Positions 31,446 through 32,000 of a DNA stretch of 32,000 nucleotides are shown piece after piece. A program made the position numbers and the translations under genes. Source of the stretch: Mycolicibacterium smegmatis. GTDB lineage: Bacteria; Actinomycetota; Actinomycetes; Mycobacteriales; Mycobacteriaceae. Numbering within the stretch: position 1 is the stretch's first letter; each line of letters begins with the position of its first letter. The notes beneath the pieces were generated by a model that saw only the letters and a program-made list of their open reading frames with translations, ran no database searches and had not been told where the DNA came from. The stretch spans positions 6,060,001-6,092,000 of the forward strand of contig NZ_LN831039.1 of the NCBI RefSeq assembly GCF_001457595.1, read 5' to 3'.

Positions 31446-32000
31446 TCACATCGACTCGGCGGCCTCGGCGGGCGCGAGACCGAGATTGCCCGAACGGCCC
31501 GCGGTGATCAGTTCGACCACCTGACCGTGCGTCACGTCGGCCGCGGGTACGTCGGCGGCGACGCGGCCGAGGTACAGCGCGCAGATGCGGTCGGCGACGT
31601 CGAAGACGTCGTTCATGTTGTGCGAGATCAGCACAACGCCGAGGCCCTGGCCGGCGAGGCGGCGGACGAGGTCGATCACCTGACGTGTCTGTGCGACGCC
31701 GAGTGCCGCCGTCGGCTCGTCGAGCAGGACCACCTTGGAGTTCCACAGCACGGACTTGGCGATGGCCACCGTCTGGCGCTGCCCGCCGGACAGGCTCGAC
31801 ACCGGCTGGCGCACGGAGTTCACCGTGCGCACCGACAGCGATTTCAGCGCATCGCGCGCCATGGTCTCCATGCGCGCCTCGTCGAGCATGCCGCGGACTT
31901 TGATCTCCCGTCCGAGGAACATGTTCTCGACGATGTCGAGGTTGTCGCACAACGCGAGGTCCTGATACACCACCTCGATGCCGAGCGCCGAGACGTCGTT
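31446..32000 (-). CDS. Sugar-type ABC transporter ATP-binding protein, 5' end outside window (partial)
   Basis: Q-loop-side VVYQDLALCDNLDIVENMFLGRE, signature SSLSGGQRQTVAIAKS, Walker B VVLLDEPTAALG; coding continues past base 32000. Confidence 0.88.
   Translation of the reverse strand, partial: NDVSALGIEVVYQDLALCDNLDIVENMFLGREIKVRGMLDEARMETMARDALKSLSVRTVNSVRQPVSSLSGGQRQTVAIAKSVLWNSKVVLLDEPTAALGVAQTRQVIDLVRRLAGQGLGVVLISHNMNDVFDVADRICALYLGRVAADVPAADVTHGQVVELITAGRSGNLGLAPAEAAESM

Noticed and set aside
29599-31524. 641-aa plus-strand ORF
   Set aside because: Overlaps the aminotransferase and is antisense to the ABC permease, both of which have clear motifs; shadow ORF.

Overview
High-GC mycobacterial chromosome segment, probably a fast-growing Mycobacterium/Mycolicibacterium close to M. 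smegmatis (inferred from recalled gene content; no search run). The backbone is a cholesterol catabolism locus. It holds the side-chain (KstR-type) cluster ltp2-chsH1-chsH2-chsE2(fadE29)-chsE1(fadE28)-cyp125 divergent from fadA5, then ddn-like, two SDRs, echA20-ipdA-ipdB-ipdC, fadA6-kstR2, ipdF-fadE30 divergent from fadD3-fadE31-fadE32-fadE33, an aminotransferase and the start of a sugar-type ABC importer. Two perfect KstR-type operators (TnnAACnnGTTnnA) and three perfect KstR2-type operators (AnCAAGnnCTTGnT) are readable. The less ordinary content is: (1) a two-gene pair (17158-18539), a SatD-like protein with a GDEF-like motif and possible C-terminal HTH, translationally coupled to a multi-pass membrane protein; (2) an unlinked type VII secretion substrate-like pair (1654-3597) with complementary WxG and YxxxD motifs; (3) a membrane-protein gene (21599-22204) bracketed by ~85-bp near-identical hairpin-forming direct repeats; (4) two terminator hairpins sharing the arm GCAGACGCAAAACTGCC; (5) a consistent leaderless-promoter architecture (TAnnnT 6-7 nt before the start codon). 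No tRNA, rRNA, CRISPR array or transposase was found.
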